A DNA stretch of 63,955 bases, filler included, from Octopus bimaculoides (Eukaryota), in NCBI RefSeq assembly GCF_001194135.2. It is 4 parts of 4 records of this genome, joined end to end, with 100 filler letters (N's around TTAATTAATTAA, not from the genome) between each part and the next. Parts side by side here need not be neighbours in the genome. Positions count along the whole stretch, not along the records: positions 58,612 to 63,955 come from NC_068985.1; 3 more parts are not named here. One strand, written 5' to 3'. Shown here piece by piece: positions 63,883-63,955 of this stretch. Position 1 is the first letter of the stretch, and each line of letters opens with the position of its first letter. The notes below the pieces were generated by a model. It did no database searches, was not told the origin of the DNA, and saw nothing but the letters and a program-made list of their open reading frames with translations. The translations under genes were made by a program, and so were the position numbers.

Positions 63883-63955
63883 GTCTTCTTCTTCTTCTTC
63901 TTCTTCTTCTTCTTCTTCTTCTTCTTCTTCTTCTTCTTCTTCTTCTTCTTCTTCT
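63824..63955. repeat. Compound (CAT)n-(CTT)n microsatellite (one example of dozens in the window)
   Basis: Directly visible. Other tracts include (TA)n, (CA)n, (AG)n, (TATG)n, (GATA)n, (AGAC)n, (TAG)n/(TAC)n and (TAA)n throughout, e.g. 1-125, 26960-27045, 28925-28995, 30840-30977, 37457-37518, 40293-40386. Confidence 0.97.

Overview
Repeat-dominated eukaryotic genomic DNA: AT-rich, saturated with di/tri/tetranucleotide microsatellites, and with about 5 kb of assembly Ns. The tRNA-derived SINE families and microsatellite load look like an octopus (coleoid cephalopod) genome; that is inference, not a database match. I recognise no complete host protein-coding gene, RNA gene, CRISPR array or prokaryote-type system, and most ORFs in the track are microsatellite or gap artefacts. 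Well supported: (1) a 3.0-kb Gypsy provirus lacking RT/RNase H, with two LTRs, PBS and an ATATG target-site duplication (TSD), inserted about 10 bp from the inversion junction of an RTE LINE; (2) three mariner relics, two of them palindromes built from two 5' ends; (3) L1-Tx1, CR1 and RTE fragments; (4) hAT MITEs, Helitron/Helentron-like pieces and a Merlin-like transposase fragment; (5) a 455-bp TGTTG...CAACA element with ~170-bp inverted repeats (Ginger-like candidate); (6) more than 20 SINE copies, including a family carrying an internal microsatellite. A cluster of promoter motifs at 41.2-43.1 kb and several splice-site-bounded segments suggest the window lies in or beside a long-intron host gene, but this is low confidence. 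I found no clear novel biological system; the best leads are TE-architecture oddities and the candidate regulatory region.
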